Shown: positions 39,991 through 53,471 of the stretch, piece by piece
Layout: every line of letters begins with the position of its first letter
Numbering within the stretch: position 1 is the stretch's first letter
Source of the DNA: Catajapyx aquilonaris
Lineage: Eukaryota
Length of the DNA stretch: 64,000 nt
Assembly (NCBI GenBank): GCA_000934665.2
Contig: KZ538063.1
Location: forward strand, 62,001 to 126,000
Direction of reading: 5' to 3'
Position numbers and translations under genes: made by a program
The notes under the pieces: model-generated
Databases searched by the model: none
What the model saw: the letters and a program-made list of their open reading frames with translations, nothing else
What the model was told of the DNA's origin: nothing

Positions 39991-40835
39991 TCTCATTTTC
40001 GATCTCCCTGTGCTGTAGGGTCGAATCGTGCGTCCATGAATTGGGCGTGTTTAGGGCCTCAAACCAGCATGCAACATTACAAGCCATGCCTGCAACACCA
40101 AACACAAGTTGTGCCGTGCCGTGCAAACTGTGCAAATTTGACATAACCAGCCAGCAATATTGGGGATTCAACCAAACAACAGCATGCTTTAAAAAAAAAA
40201 GAAGAAGAGAGAAGTTTGAATCGAATGGGGGGGCCTGTTGACATTCCATCTGATCCATAATGCGGACTGGTATGGAATAATCCCCCTCCGCGAGTTTTAT
40301 TGTAGGCTAGATTTCCGGAGCGGGTTGCAAGCCCAGAAAACAAGTAAAAAGAAGTCAAATAAACCCCCGCACTCTCGGATCGGAAGCCCCGTTCCGCTCA
40401 GCCAATTATTGGCTTGTTCCGGGAGACTAATAAAGCGAATCGCACAGCCAGTTTGGGGGCTAGGCGAAAATTTTGCGCTGCGAAAGCAAACTCTTAGTTA
40501 ACTCTCTCTCTCCCTCCCCCACTCTCTGAATCTGCAAAAAGTCAACTCTTTCCTGTGCCCCCACCCTCCAAAACAATGGGTCAAAATTGATCCGGATAGG
40601 GCAAAAATAAACATAGTTTATCAAAATTGGTAGAAGTGACCAAGCATTTTCTATGCTGATATGTTGATGTTCAAAATATATTAGTGATCAGTAGCAATTT
40701 TTGCGAGCTCTAAACATTGCTCAAATGACTAGTGAATTTGGGTCCCAATCGACTGTAATAGTTTTTAAGCATAATATTTACTTTTATCAGGTCTTTGAAG
40801 CAGATAAAATAAATTATTATGTGTTATTGTTATCA

Positions 40836-41657
40836 AAATAGCAACTAAAACTGAGCTAATGTTTAATAACTGATGAAAGAAACAACTTGGAAGTAACTAA
40901 ATAACTGATGAAAGTAACAACTTGAAAGTAACTAAATAACTGATGAAAGTAACAACTTGAAAGTAACTAAATAACTGATGAAAGTAACAACTTGAAAGTA
41001 ACTAAATAACTGATGAAAGTAACAACTTGAAAGTAACTAAATAACTGATGAAAGTAACAACTTGAAAGTAACTAAATAACTGATGAAAGTAACTGCTTAA
41101 AGTTAATGCTTATTAAGTAAAAAGCTAATGTTTATTAACTGATAAAAGAAACTAACTTAATTGAATAACTGATAAAAGTAAGTTACTTTTATCAGTTACC
41201 GTATTTAGTTACTTCCAAGTTGTTACTTTCATCAGTTATTTAGTTACTTCTATGTTGTTACTTAATAAATTACTTAATAATAAAAGTAACTACTTGAATA
41301 ACTGATAGAAGTAACTATAGTTACTTCTATTAGTTATTCAGTATTCTATCAGTTATTCAAGTAGTTTCTTTTATCAGTTATTCAAGTAGTTTCTTTTATC
41401 AGTTATTCAAGTAGTTTCTTTTATCAGTTATTCAAGTAGTTTCTTTTATCAGTTATTCAAGTAGTTTCTTTTATCAGTTATTCAAGTAGTTTCTTTTATC
41501 AGTTATTCAAGTAGTTTCTTTTATCAGTTATTCAAGTAGTTACTTTTATCAGTTATTTAGCCTAGTTACTTTCAAGTTGTTACTTTCATCAGTTATTTAG
41601 TTACTTTCAAGTTGTTATTTTCATCGCTTATTAAACATTAGCTCAGTTTTAGCAGCT
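40836..41657. repeat. Minisatellite block with inverted ends (35 bp x~6 and 25 bp x~8)
   Basis: TGATGAAAGTAACAACTTGAAAGTAACTAAATAAC and ATCAGTTATTCAAGTAGTTTCTTTT tandems; 41563-41652 is the reverse complement of ~40845-40935. Confidence 0.9.
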
Positions 41658-44600
41658 GTTCTGACTAGCAGCGACAATTCGGTGTAGTACAAAACTGGGA
41701 TGAAATTGACCTGGTTCAAAATAACCCCCTCCTTTTTTAAAACTTCCGGATTCTAGTTAGAGGATTGGCGGAGTCGATGCGATGCTTTTCTGCGGAGGTT
41801 ACAAGTCCTACACGTCGTGCGAGACAAGGTCTAATGGGCCGGCAGACACAGCCTACGTTTCTATCGATTCTGGCGCAGGACCAAGCCTCTCTTTCTCTCG
41901 TTGGAGTTGGAGCCAGAGGCAGGACTAGGGGCAAGGAGGGGGGCACTTGTGTGATCGAGTCCAGGTGCAGGCAGATGACTTTACAACGAACGTTTTAGAT
42001 CATGTTTTACACATTTTGCTAACAATTATAGGGTGCGTCATAATGCGTCAAACTTGTAGGGCGAAGAGTGCACCGAATTATTAGCCTCAGAGGCGATGGA
42101 AGTGTCGTAGGCACTATGCAGAGATAATTCGGATTGGATCAGACTTCATCTGGACTAACATTTTTCAAGGCATGTTCATTGCACTCCCACGATTTGAGAA
42201 TTTGATCAGACTTGCCCCGAGCTTGGGTCGGACTTGGCCCAACTATTCCTGAATTGGTCGGACTTGCCCTACTAAATTCGGGTGGGACTACTTGCCCTGA
42301 ACTTGAGGAGAGATCTGACTTAGCCCAGTCTTGGCTTGAATTTGCCTCGTGACTTATCCTTCCCCCCTTTTTCCTTCATCCATTAACACTACTCTCCCAG
42401 CAATCCATCGCCCCCCTTTTTCTCACCCCCGAACTTCTCTTTTGTCTGGCAGCTTCCAATGGGGCTGGAGCAGCTCTCCCTCCGAGAAAAGACGATTTCA
42501 GTCTCCTAATCTCTTACAATCTGACGCTTTGTTCTCTTCTGGGCCTGTCTTTTGCCAAAAGAAAATTAAGATTTGTCACTTTTTTTCAGTCCCCTCTCTC
42601 TCACTCTTTTTCCTTGTTCCTTCCCCCACTCAAGTTCCCTTCATTATTTGTCTTTTGCTCCAACACTCTTGTCTTCTCTTTGAAGCAAACCCTGTCCCTG
42701 GAAGAAGTATTTATCTCTCCCTCAGAAAAGCTTGCTGGAAGAAAAGGATTACGACGCCAACTTGAAAAGCTGTATATCTCAGGTTCAGGCCGACCACCTC
42801 CTCTCTTTTTGACGCATCTTCTTGGGAGAAAATCTCTGAGCGATTAATCTGCCCTTGTCCCCCCCATCCTCCTGCGCATTAGTCACACATTTATAATCTT
42901 GGGTCGTCAGAAAAGAGCGACAACTTTCTTACAACCTGCAATATTGCATTTCGCAAAACGTCTGCCATTTTCCTTCTGTAAACGGGGCATACTTAATTAC
43001 ATCGCGTTATTGCCTGCCTCGCACACGCTGGGCGCCAATTTGGGTCGCCTGTACGCTTTAAACTGTAAGGTTAAAATATAAACTTTCGATACAACGTATT
43101 TACCGAATTTAAACTTAAATTTATTTAATTTAACCTTCCAATTAAAAGTGTGTAGACTTAAGACGATCCTAAGTAAAGAGTCTGTCATATAGTGGCGCCC
43201 AGCGTAAAGTTGCAAATTTCAAAACTTAAATTCCAGATTAAAATATAAAATTCCGATTAAACAAGTCTTTACTACTGTAGTTTAAACGTAGATTTTTTAC
43301 TACAATGTAATTTCAAATTTTAATATGACAATTAAAAGTGTTCAGACGGCGGTCCTCATAATGGCGCCCAACGTGTGTAATGTTGAGAAATTTCAGATTG
43401 CAATAATGTGTATGTCGAAGCTATTGGTGATCCCTGTGACTACTGGTCACAATGTATAGAAAACCTCTGGAGCATTGCACAATGTGTAAACCTCCTCTCT
43501 GCGGCTTCGATCAAAACCGGGCCCCATTTAATTGGATGCGAAGCGTGAATGACAGCAATAATTGTATCATAATGTACAGTAAATTCGTGCGGAGCTGTTG
43601 GTCCTCCCCCAAAAGTGCCCTGAACTGGCCCACCTCTCAGCTGATTGGCCCAACAAGCCTGATCGCATTTCAGTCCAATGGGCCATGATAACGAGACCCG
43701 TTTTTCAGCTTTTTTTTGGGGGGGGGGGGGGATAAAAAGAGTGGGTAGGTGGTGCCATCTTGTTACCGCTTTCCCTTGCTCCCAGATTGGAAGGGCATTC
43801 AATTAAACGGCCGCTTTTCATCACTTAAATCCCTGGCAGAAGGCGGAAACTGGAGATTCCGGAACTAAAATGGCTGCGGTTCGGGCTTCGAATTACACGG
43901 CACGAAAAGTTTCCTGCTCCAGAAAAAAAATGGCGACCCGTTTGTGGATCTGGATCGAAAAAGCTGGCAAGTGTTGCCTTCACTCAGAGAGAGATGTACT
44001 TGCTGATAGGAGCTAAATTGAAATCCTTCATTAGAGAAACGGTCCGTAATGGGAGGGGGGGGGAGAGGCCCTTTGTTTCTCCCCCTTTGTCGTCGCCTAT
44101 TACTCCGCGGGGGTTCCCCGCAATAAACCAATCTATCTGCGAAATATTGCGATGGAAACAGCTCGAATTTACATCCGGTTGAGAGATGGCGTTTCGCTTC
44201 AAAAGATTCAGAATATTACTGGGGGGCAGGGGGGAGAGAAGTTGGGTTTTTGGATACAAATTGACGCCATCTGTGTGAGGATGTAGTACTACGGTGGCAC
44301 TCCACATCATTACCTGCCACTATATCAGCCAAGACACAGGATGAATATTTTGATACATTCTGGAGCATTTCGCAAGAGTAATGTTTGCGAAGTCACGGAT
44401 GCAATAGTTTATCAAATTAAGAGGGATCTGCTTTATATGCACGAGTTTTTTTTTTTTTTTGGAGGGGACTAGATGGGAGGGGAAGGACATAATCCTAGGC
44501 TGAAGTGCCAGGGGTAACCCAGGAATAAAAGTGGTTTTAAAGAGGCGCAAACGACTTTCATCTTCATCAAGCTTGACTTTTAGTGCCAAGTACGGTAGAG

Positions 44601-46039
44601 GACACTAGCAGAAAATTATTTTCGCAAACACATATATCTGCATTCACGTCCGACAGGGTCAGGTAACTTCTAATAGAGATAAAAAAAAACATAGGGTAGA
44701 ATTTCGTGCCACTACTAGTTACTGCTAACTTAGCAGTAGGCCTACCAGTAAGTTAGCAGTAGCAGTGGGACGAAACTTCTCTACTACTCTTGAAACCGCT
44801 ATTTAGAGGTTGCTCAATAGTGCATGAATTTGTAGTGTTGGCGTCATCTGTATGGCTTTGGAGTGACCGCACCAGTCTTGTGGCCATGCCAGGCACAGCA
44901 CGTCGAATTTCCCCGCTGATTTTATATTAATTTGTTTCCCACAACAATGCTGTCCGTCTTGTGCGCCGCCTTTAAAATAGCCTTTAAAATAAACGTTTCA
45001 TTATAGAAGTTGCCCCCGATCCAGAGTGTATTTATTATTAAGGACTTGGTGTACTCTCTAGAAACTGGGGGCGTGATTGTGAATAAAACCAGGTTTTAAC
45101 ACCCATGGCCTCCCTTCAGATCGAGGCCCATTAAGGGAAACGACTTGGCACCGGCCATTTTACGCGGGGAATTACCGGGAGCCCTCTTCCCACCCCTACC
45201 CCCTATATACCTCTCCATCTAAAAATTCAGGCCTTTGGCATAGACTTCCTTCTAGTACCCCCCCTATAATCGGCGGATGCTCCATTTGCCTAACGAATTG
45301 GATGAGCTACGATTCCATTTTGGCCAGCTAAAATCGCAATAGAAAGGAGAAAGGGGGAGTGGGGGGCAAGGCCGCGGCATTTAGTCTCATTAACGCCAAA
45401 ATGGAGGAGGAGGTAAAGCTGAGAGGGGGGGGGGGCAAGATAATAATCAGACTCGGCCAGGCTAATTTCAACAGGAAGAGTCAACTCACTTTGAGAAGCG
45501 GAAAAGGTAGCAGACCTAGCCTCCATAAAATCCTTCTCAAGGGTCATGGTGGAGGCTAGTTTGAGCATCAGGTCTGCTACCTTACTCATTTCAGAGCTAC
45601 TGTTAACCTGATTATATTTAACGGTCCGTTAAGAGGTAACTTCACTTTGACCCCTTAACTGTCCGTTAACAAAAAAATGAAACTTGCATTAATCCCTTTT
45701 CAAAAAAAAATATATGCCAGAAGTAACTTGCAGGATAACCAACCCCAGGCGATTTAGCCCGGGTAAACAAGGTTATTCAAAGTGAGCCCCCCCGTAAATC
45801 TTTAACGTCGTTGGTTCAAGCCTTTGCATTATTACAGCATAGCCCCGCATATGCTACACTGAACGCATAACCCTGAAGCTATGTTATTAGTACAGTCCGT
45901 CAGGTTGACTTTTGATGAATAATAACTCAGGAAGGCTGGGCTGGGCCAGGTTGGCAACAATGTCCAATTACCAGGCAACGCTCGGCAGTAACCATGGGTG
46001 TAATTAAATTAATTAATTACATCTTAGTCCTTATAGCTT

Positions 46040-46900
46040 TGACAATAACAGCTAAATGCTTCATTTAAAATGTTTAGCTATTATTTTGGCTTTGGGAAAA
46101 GACTGGGCTATTTTTTTCAAAATATTTAGGCTTGCTTTCACAATAGCTTTGAAAATAACTGCTAATTTTCTGAAAATAATATTTAGCTGTTTTAGCTTTA
46201 ACTATAGCTTTGAAAAATAATGGCTATTTCTTCAAAATGTTTAGCCTTAATTATAGCTTTGAAAATAATGGATATTTTCTCCAAAATGTTTAGATGTTAT
46301 TTTAGCTTTATAGCTTTGATAATACTGGCTATTTTCTCCACATGTTTAGCTAATATTATTTTAGCCTTGTGAAAAGACTGGCTATTTTCTTCAAAATGTT
46401 TAGGGATTATTTTGCTTCCACAAGAACTTTGAAAATAACAGCTAATTTTCTGTAAATAATATTTAGCTGTTTTAGCTTTAACTATAGCTTTGAAAAATAA
46501 TGGCTATTTCCTCCAAATGTTTAGCTTTAATTATAGACTTGAAAATGATGGATATTTTCTCCAAAATGCTTAGATGTTATTTTAGCTTTATAGCTTTTAT
46601 AAGACTGGCCATTTTCTTCAAAATATTTTGCTTTCACAATAGCTTTGAAAATAACTACTATTTTTGGAAATAACATTTAGCTGTTTTAACTTTAACTATA
46701 GCTTTGAAAAATAATGGCTATTTCTTCAAAATCTTTAGCTTTAATTATAGCTTTGAAAATAATTAATAAATGTATATATTCTCCAAAATGTTTAGATGTT
46801 ATTTTAGCTTTATAGCTTTTGATAATACTGACTATTTTCTCCAAATGTTTAGCTATTACTTTAGCTTTAATTATAGCCTTGAAAATAATAGATAATTTTT
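46040..46900. repeat. AT-rich higher-order tandem, ~220-280 bp unit x3
   Basis: TTTAACTATAGCTTTGAAAAATAATGGCTATTTC at ~46197, ~46477 and ~46691. Confidence 0.85.
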
Positions 46901-47475
46901 CTCAACATTTTTTTAAAAAAGAAGGATGGTAGAGCCATCTTCTTTCTTCTTTTTCTCATTTTTTTTTTCTGTGGCGACATGTCGGTGGGCCAGGCCTGGC
47001 TTCAATCTTCTTCCAAGAAGGGGAGTTGGGTGGAGGGAAAGCTTTTGCAGCCAATTTCTGGCGGTGAGCCTCAGCTTTTGGCGCCATGTCAACTCACATA
47101 TAAATCAATTTTATGCACTGTTCTCCTTTCTCTCTCTTCCTTCCTCCCTCCCTATACCCCCTTTTCACTATAGGAGGAATGGCAGGCAGGGAATAGAAAG
47201 AAAAGAAGCGGATTTGGGAAGGAGGGGGTGTTCAAAAGTGGGTGCTGGGGGTTGTGTCGCATCTCATTTGTGCAGGGGATGGCCACTCACTTCACGCCTC
47301 TCTCCATATCCTTTTCACGGTAGGAATATTCCGGTGTGTCAAAATATGTTAGGCTGCTGGATACACTAGTCCTAAGGGAGTGTCACACCACCTGTTTCTA
47401 GACTGACATTTCCTATACTACTAATCAGCTGTCTGTCCGTTTGTCCGGAGTAATCATCGCAACTCAGGTCTAGTA

Positions 47476-47733
47476 CAGTGCTGGACATTAATTCCGTCAT
47501 ATTGCTAGCGACATTTTCCGGTGCGGCAGACGTGCAAATTGAAGCCGTGCGAGTAAGTGGGTGACGTCAGAGGCTGGGGGACAATGCCTTCTCTCCATTG
47601 CTCCCCATCCGGTGACGTCAATCAAGGCCTACCTCTTCTTACTCGCACGGCTCAAACGCTATCACTTCGGGTTCCACGTCTGCCGCATCAGAAAATGTCG
47701 CTAGCAGTATGACGCGATTAATGTCCCACACTG
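47476..47733. mobile_element. 258 bp MITE, Tc1/mariner-type, nested in a family A copy (47432-47850)
   Basis: TA|CAGTGCTGGACATTAAT...ATTAATGTCCCACACTG|TA; ~60 bp imperfect TIRs and a TA duplication. Confidence 0.85.
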
Positions 47734-48756
47734 TACAGTGACAGCGGAAAATAGCGGTTCAATTCACTCTTTTGCCGCTATGGTTCGTGGCGCCATCGGT
47801 ACGACACCACTACCATGAGAGTGGCATCAATGCGCCATCTATGTGAGGAAGACGTGGACATAGACAAACAAACACTGATATTGCCAACTTTTTAGTACTA
47901 TGGACGGACTGTGGCCCCCTCCTGCCTGAACATATTTGGGAGGAAAACAATAACAGCAAACGCAGAAAATAAGAGCAATAATGGCCGGAAAAGGAAGGCA
48001 TCCGGAATGCAGTTGGGGAATTTCAATAACCCCTCCCCCCTCCTCACCCTTTCTCTCCTCTCTCTCTTCGGCAGGGACTCCCAATAACCCCCTCTCTGAA
48101 ACTCAACCAACCTGATCGATACCATCCACCCAACCTCCCACCCAAGCATCGATCGTCCCCCTTATCTGCCCACTACAAACATCCTCCTTTCCAACTGTAC
48201 CCCCTCCACCCCAATGACAAGGCCCTACTCCTTCCCTCCCCCCCACACACACAAGTGACGAGGGAATTCCCCGCGGTTACTGATGGCCCCTTAATGACTT
48301 CCCCCCCTCGACAAGCCTCGGAACTCGCCTTCCATGGCAAATCTCGCCCCTTTTATTGGTGGGAGGGAAAAGGGGGGGGGGAAGAGGGGATGGGGAGGCA
48401 AAAAGAGTAAAACGCCAGAAGTCATTATCCAGCCAAGAGCCAATCTCGTCCGGCTTAACGTCTTTTCTAAATAGCCATTGGTTGTAGCTAGATGAGGGCC
48501 AGCCAGTGTGTTGCGATGCTGAGGGGGTGGAGGGGGAAGGAGGGAAAGGAATTTGGGTTATTTGGTTGCCAAAAATGGAAATTGGGGGGGCCGGTTGTCC
48601 TTAACAAGCCTCGATTGGTACCACGACCGAGGGTTCAACACTCGACTTTCAAGCTTTACAGGTGTACCTATCATTATTAGATTACGGGTAATCATTGGCG
48701 ATTACGTTGTAATTATTACACAAAAATGTAGTAAGCACCATACTAATAATCCCCTT

Positions 48757-48951
48757 GGGTCTCGGACTTTTCGCCCCCGCCGTTTCGCCCCCGGACTTTT
48801 AGCTCCCGGCATATTGGCCCCCGTGACAATTCCGCCCTCGCCGTTTCGCCCCCGGACTTTTATCTCCCGGCATATTGGCCCCCGTGACAATTCCGCCCTC
48901 GCCGTTTCGCCCCCGGACTTTTAGCACCTGGCATATTGGCCCCCGTGACAT
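48757..48951. repeat. GC-rich 61 bp tandem x3 built from CGCCCCCG subunits; possibly one end of a foldback/MULE-type element
   Basis: CCCCGTGACAATTCCGCCCTCGCCGTTTCGCCCCCGGACTTTTA.C.CC.GGCATATTGG repeats; starts GGGTCTCGGACTTTTCGCCCCCG. No matching inverted end in the window. Confidence 0.8.
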
Positions 48952-49341
48952 TCGTCGTGGTGGGCAAAGCCACAATAACGTTCGTTGGCCTGCGGCGCCA
49001 CAAGACGGACAGTACATGTTTCGGATACAGAAACCCACAATAAGCGCCCAACTAAAAATATCACGCACGGGCGACGTCCGGATCCCAATCCCCTTATTCT
49101 CTCCTTCTGCTTATATGACCATGTTGACTCATCGCCTCTGAGGTAGTAGTTACCACAGTTTCCACGTTCCTCGTTCAACAATGGACATATGGCGGTCAGA
49201 GATGGTGGAACCCACTTCAATTAAGGCCATTTCTTCTCTACTCGGGTGTCATGCATAAGCAAACGACACTCAAAGCCATGAGATAACAGTTAGTACTCTT
49301 GGTTTAACGGCAGATGCATGCAAGTGGCGTACGTCACTTAC

Positions 49342-49510
49342 CGTTGAGTACGTGTACACGGACGCTGGCGACGTCTGCGTTGGATGGACTGCAGGAGTAC
49401 TTGCCCGAGTCGGAGGGCTGCGCGTTCTGGATGAGCAGGTACGAGGTGGTCACCTCTCCCTTCTCGGTGATGACGCTGACCCCGCCGCGCTGGGAATCGT
49501 AGCTGATCAC
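49342..49510 (-). CDS. dpr6: Dpr-family exon, second half of Ig2: VISYDSQRGGVSVITEKGEVTTSYLLIQNAQPSDSGKYSCSPSNADVASVRVHVLN(G)
   Basis: ttgcag|GTG ... AAC G|gtaagt; Ig D-x-G-x-Y-x-C motif; strong resemblance to the remembered Drosophila Dpr6/Dpr10 Ig2 sequence. Confidence 0.95.
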
Positions 49511-51016
49511 CTGCAACGGGACCGGCTAGGACACAGTCACCTTGACACCATGGTCAACCACGACGAGGAGGTGATCCAAATCACCACTTTAAAGTCACTA
49601 CCAAACAAGTGAAATCGACAGTAAGCTCACACCTACAAATAGCAATGATTTTTACATGCTATTACGTAATTGATATTTCCACTTTGCTGCTCTTCGGATG
49701 ACATAAAAATGATATTCAGTGCTCAGTGCTATTTACGCTCAGCAGCTACAATGCAGTTTTCACCACACAGTTAAATGATATTTCCATGTAACTGCTACTG
49801 GGCAAGCAGCTGCTAATGCTTAGTTGCTATTTCCATTTAGCAACTATTTATAGTTGATATCACCACGTAATTAATGTGACCAGAGCATAACTTCTCAAAA
49901 AAGGGATCAAGCCCCTCCACTCCACACCACACCCGACACCGTAAGCGACAGGTAAGCGATCTGATTGGTAGTGCAGAGGGTGGGGGGAGGGGGAGGTTCT
50001 GCTCCATCAATCAGATCAGTGGGTACAGTGCGGTTCAAAAGAAATTCAATTTTGAAACCAAATATGTGCATGGCTTAGCCACAGAGGTCACAATATTAGG
50101 ACATTTTTTTTGAAAAGTTAGGATGTGGGTACTGTAGACGCTCTTTCCACGTAACTGCTACTGACAAAAAGCTTCAATTACCAATTAGCTGCTATTACGT
50201 AGTTATAACCACCTAGCAAAGTGATATTTCCCTGCTACTAGGCAGTAGTTGTTGACAGAGCTGATATGACGTGGCTGTTATTTTAAACTGATTGCGATTG
50301 CGTAACTGATATTTCCGTGTAGCTGCTACTGACTCTTCCATATTTTGATGTCAACTGGAATGAGGTCCATGCCCCCAGCAGCTAATCCTCCGTCTCCACA
50401 TTGTCTATCATAGAACCGTGACGAATGAGCCGGCGGGATGATCTAGAAACTAGGTTATCTAGTTTAGGTCCTTCCTTCCCTCCCTCCCTCCATCCATATC
50501 CTAGTTGTGTGTGGCGCAGTCTGTGCCCCGCAGCCAACAGGCATCATAAAGGACTGAAATGGGGTTTGCTTGGCCGGCCCCAACCCAAGCCTAGGTTATA
50601 TAGGCCCTAGACTCAAACTCGGCCAACTTTCTGCAGGGCCGAGCACAGCCAGCCCCAGCCTATATTCCTGATCAACCACAACAGCTTCCGGCGCTTCTCT
50701 CTGCAGCTGCAAAGCCGCACCTCTTTATTGCTCAAGGCCCCATAGCGGATGTGTTCTAATGGAGTGTACATACATCCAGGACCCCTTTGCAGTCTCGGGG
50801 CGCCTCCATTGGAAAGAAGCACCCGCACAAACAAGGCCTGCCCCTAGTTCACCCACGCCACCGCAGGAGGGCGCCCAAACTACTTGACTTTCGCGCCAGG
50901 GGGCTGGACTCATCAGCAGTTGGTTTCCTTTGACAATTCGCCAGTTAAATGTAGACTAGTTACAGACCTAGCACCTGGGAAGTCTACGGGGTACCAGACG
51001 GTCTGGTGTTGTCGAC

Positions 51017-51234
51017 AGGTTGCCGCTTTGACGTTGGTGTAGTCTCCACACTCTCCGAGCGACGGTGGCGGTCCTGGCGGACGACTCTGCCTTTAGAACC
51101 AGGGACGCTTCACGTTGTCGTCCGCCAGGACCGCCACCGTCGCATGGAAAGTGTGGAGACTACCCTGGCACCAAAGCGGCAACCTCCTTGGAAGGTGTAG
51201 CTCACAGGCGTCTCCATAAGGCTGGGGTAGGAGT
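51017..51234. mobile_element. Foldback MITE of the same family as 53270-53471 (left end degenerate)
   Basis: AGGTTGCCGCTTTG...GCGACGGTGGCGGTCCTGGCGGACGAC is inverted at 51117-51185; right end TAAGGCTGGGGTAGGAGT is the reverse complement of 53271-53288. Confidence 0.8.
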
Positions 51235-52633
51235 AGTGTAGGGTGTGCGATAATGTTTCGGACAAACTTACAGGATGTACTTATAGGATCTCATTATGTA
51301 GAGGAGTCATGTGCGCTATGAAGCTAAGTTACCATAATATACCCAATTCGCAATAACTGTAGCGTTGAAGGTAGGGCCAAGATATTCATAAACCTGTCCT
51401 GACTGGGAACTTTTTTGACTACCAGTCAGGCACACACATATCTATCTCTCTCGTATCCGGTTAGACTCGACCACCGGTTATCCCTCCTCCACTCTCTCTC
51501 TCTCTTCCCAACTCTGAGAGAGATGGAAAATATGCGGGGAAGCAGGGCTCTGAATGGTCGGATATTGGAAACACTTTTTTTTCCCCGGAAAAAAGGTCCT
51601 TCCGCCAAGCCCCATCCATAAAACACCTTGGTCCAAAAACCCTTGGCTCTTCTGAACTGGCAGAAGCCAGTAAATATGGATCGGCCCCTGGGTCTTCTGC
51701 CGGGGGCATTAAGGCCCTCCAGGATCTGGCCCCCTCCAAAAAAAAGGGGGGGGGGTAGCCGCTTACCACTTAGACCATCGATTTTGGGATTAGTCCGAGG
51801 GCACCATCTCCACTCGCAAAATGTGAACTCAAAACTGCCAAAAAGGGGGAGAATATACAGTCGCAGAAAGGAGTAAGATAGCCGACCTGAAATTAGCCTC
51901 CAAGTGTCTACGCCTTGACGCGGTAGTGGGGATTGTTTCTTCCGTGACACCAAAGAGCTGTGCCGGCGGTAGTTTCGCCTACTGGCAGGGTCTCCCAAGA
52001 CTGTACACAGGGTGGTACAGTAGGCTACATTTAAAAATAGTGGACAGCCTGGGCCGCATTAAGAATGAAAAATGCGGCCTCCCTGGTGGGACATTGCGTC
52101 TAATGAGTATGACCTTTCATGCGCAACACAGGTTGTGCCCCGGATTTTTTTAAAGGGGGCAAATCCGGAGCCTTTTAATGCGGCAATAAACAGGGCCTGA
52201 TGAGGGATAAAAGCAGGGGCTTCTTAAGACGCTCCTTTTTTGACCCCCTTTTTCACCCCCCAAAAACTTTTCTGGCCTCTCATTATTATACGGCTGCCGC
52301 TTTCAACTTTACCCCCAGTGAGAGAAGGATGGGGGGTACAGAAGGGGTAAGAGTGGGGGGTAAAGAGTAAGAAATAGCGGGGCTTGCAAATTTTTCCCTT
52401 TTTAAAGAAAAAAAAATCCGGATCTTTCCGGGAGCAAGTGCTAAACTCGGGAATGCACCTCGGGGACTCTTTTCTTCTTCCGGGGGAGAGGGGGGGGGGC
52501 GGAACGAGATAAGTCCCAGATTTGCTGAGAGGGGGAATAAGAAAACTGTGTAAAGAAGGGAGATTTTGAACAGAAATCCCTATTCTGTTTAACAATGTAG
52601 GTTACAAAAGGGACGGAAAAGTTCACATTGAGT

Positions 52634-52722
52634 ATGTCCAGGGTGAGTCATCAGGTGCATGTAGTGCCACCACCCCTGCATGACCGTGAGTGGAAGTAGT
52701 GTGCAGAAACGCCATCTATGTT
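52634..52722 (-). repeat. Dispersed repeat family A copy; further minus-strand copies at 44264-44293, 47432-47850, 53206-53514 and 54322-54450
   Basis: TGTCCAGGGTGAGTCATCAGGTGCATGTAGTGCCACCACCCCT...CGCCATCTATG. Confidence 0.8.
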
Positions 52723-53269
52723 GGCAGTTCTGTTTTAATTCCTGATTAATCCTCTCTGCTCAGGTGGGTTAAATCCATGTCCAATCAGTGCGTCCCATCT
52801 GTTTGCTCCCATTGTCACCTTTCCATTGAGCGAATTTTTTTCTGCACTAATTTAGATGAGCGGACACACATATGGTAGGGTCATTATCAATTTATATATT
52901 TTTAAAAAACGAGGAATAATTACCCTGAACGCGCACCACCTGGCAGTTAACTGCCGTAAAACAGTAGGCTAAAATTGTAAATGCGGACGATTAAAATGAG
53001 TGGAGGTCTGTCTCATTAATTATTCACCGTGAAAACAGTCCGCGTGACCGAAATTATATTGTGGACTATTCCAGTTTCGCCACATTCAATATATGCACAA
53101 AGTTTAATTCATACGCTTTGAAATTCGCAATCTAACGCGACCTATTTCTTTTAATTTACTGTTTCGGTACACATTATATAATTATATTAAATTTATCGGC
53201 TTCCTGTCTGTTCCAGATGAGTCATCAACTAGGTGCATGTAGCTCCACTACACCTGATCAGCCACCTGG

Positions 53270-53471
53270 CACTCCTACCCCAGCCTTACGGAAACCCCCG
53301 TGAGCTTAGCTCGTTTCCAATTTCCAAGGTAGGGGGCTGCCGCTTCGGCGCTGGTGTAGTCTCCACACTTTTCGAGACTGGATACTACAACAGTGCCAAC
53401 GCGGAAACCCTCCCTGGAAGAGGGAGACGAGCTAATCTCACAGGGGTTGCCATAAGACTACTGTAGGAGTG
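53270..53471. mobile_element. 202 bp MITE with CAC...GTG termini and 3 bp TSD (CMC/CACTA-like), nested in a family A copy
   Basis: TGG|CACTCCTAC...GTAGGAGTG|TGG; imperfect inverted arms (GTGAGCTTAGCTCGT / ACGAGCTAATCTCAC). Confidence 0.75.

Noticed and set aside
48553..49141. ORFs with repeated GANMPGAKSPGAKRRGRN peptides
   Set aside because: Translation of the 61 bp tandem repeat; the frame shifts with every unit.
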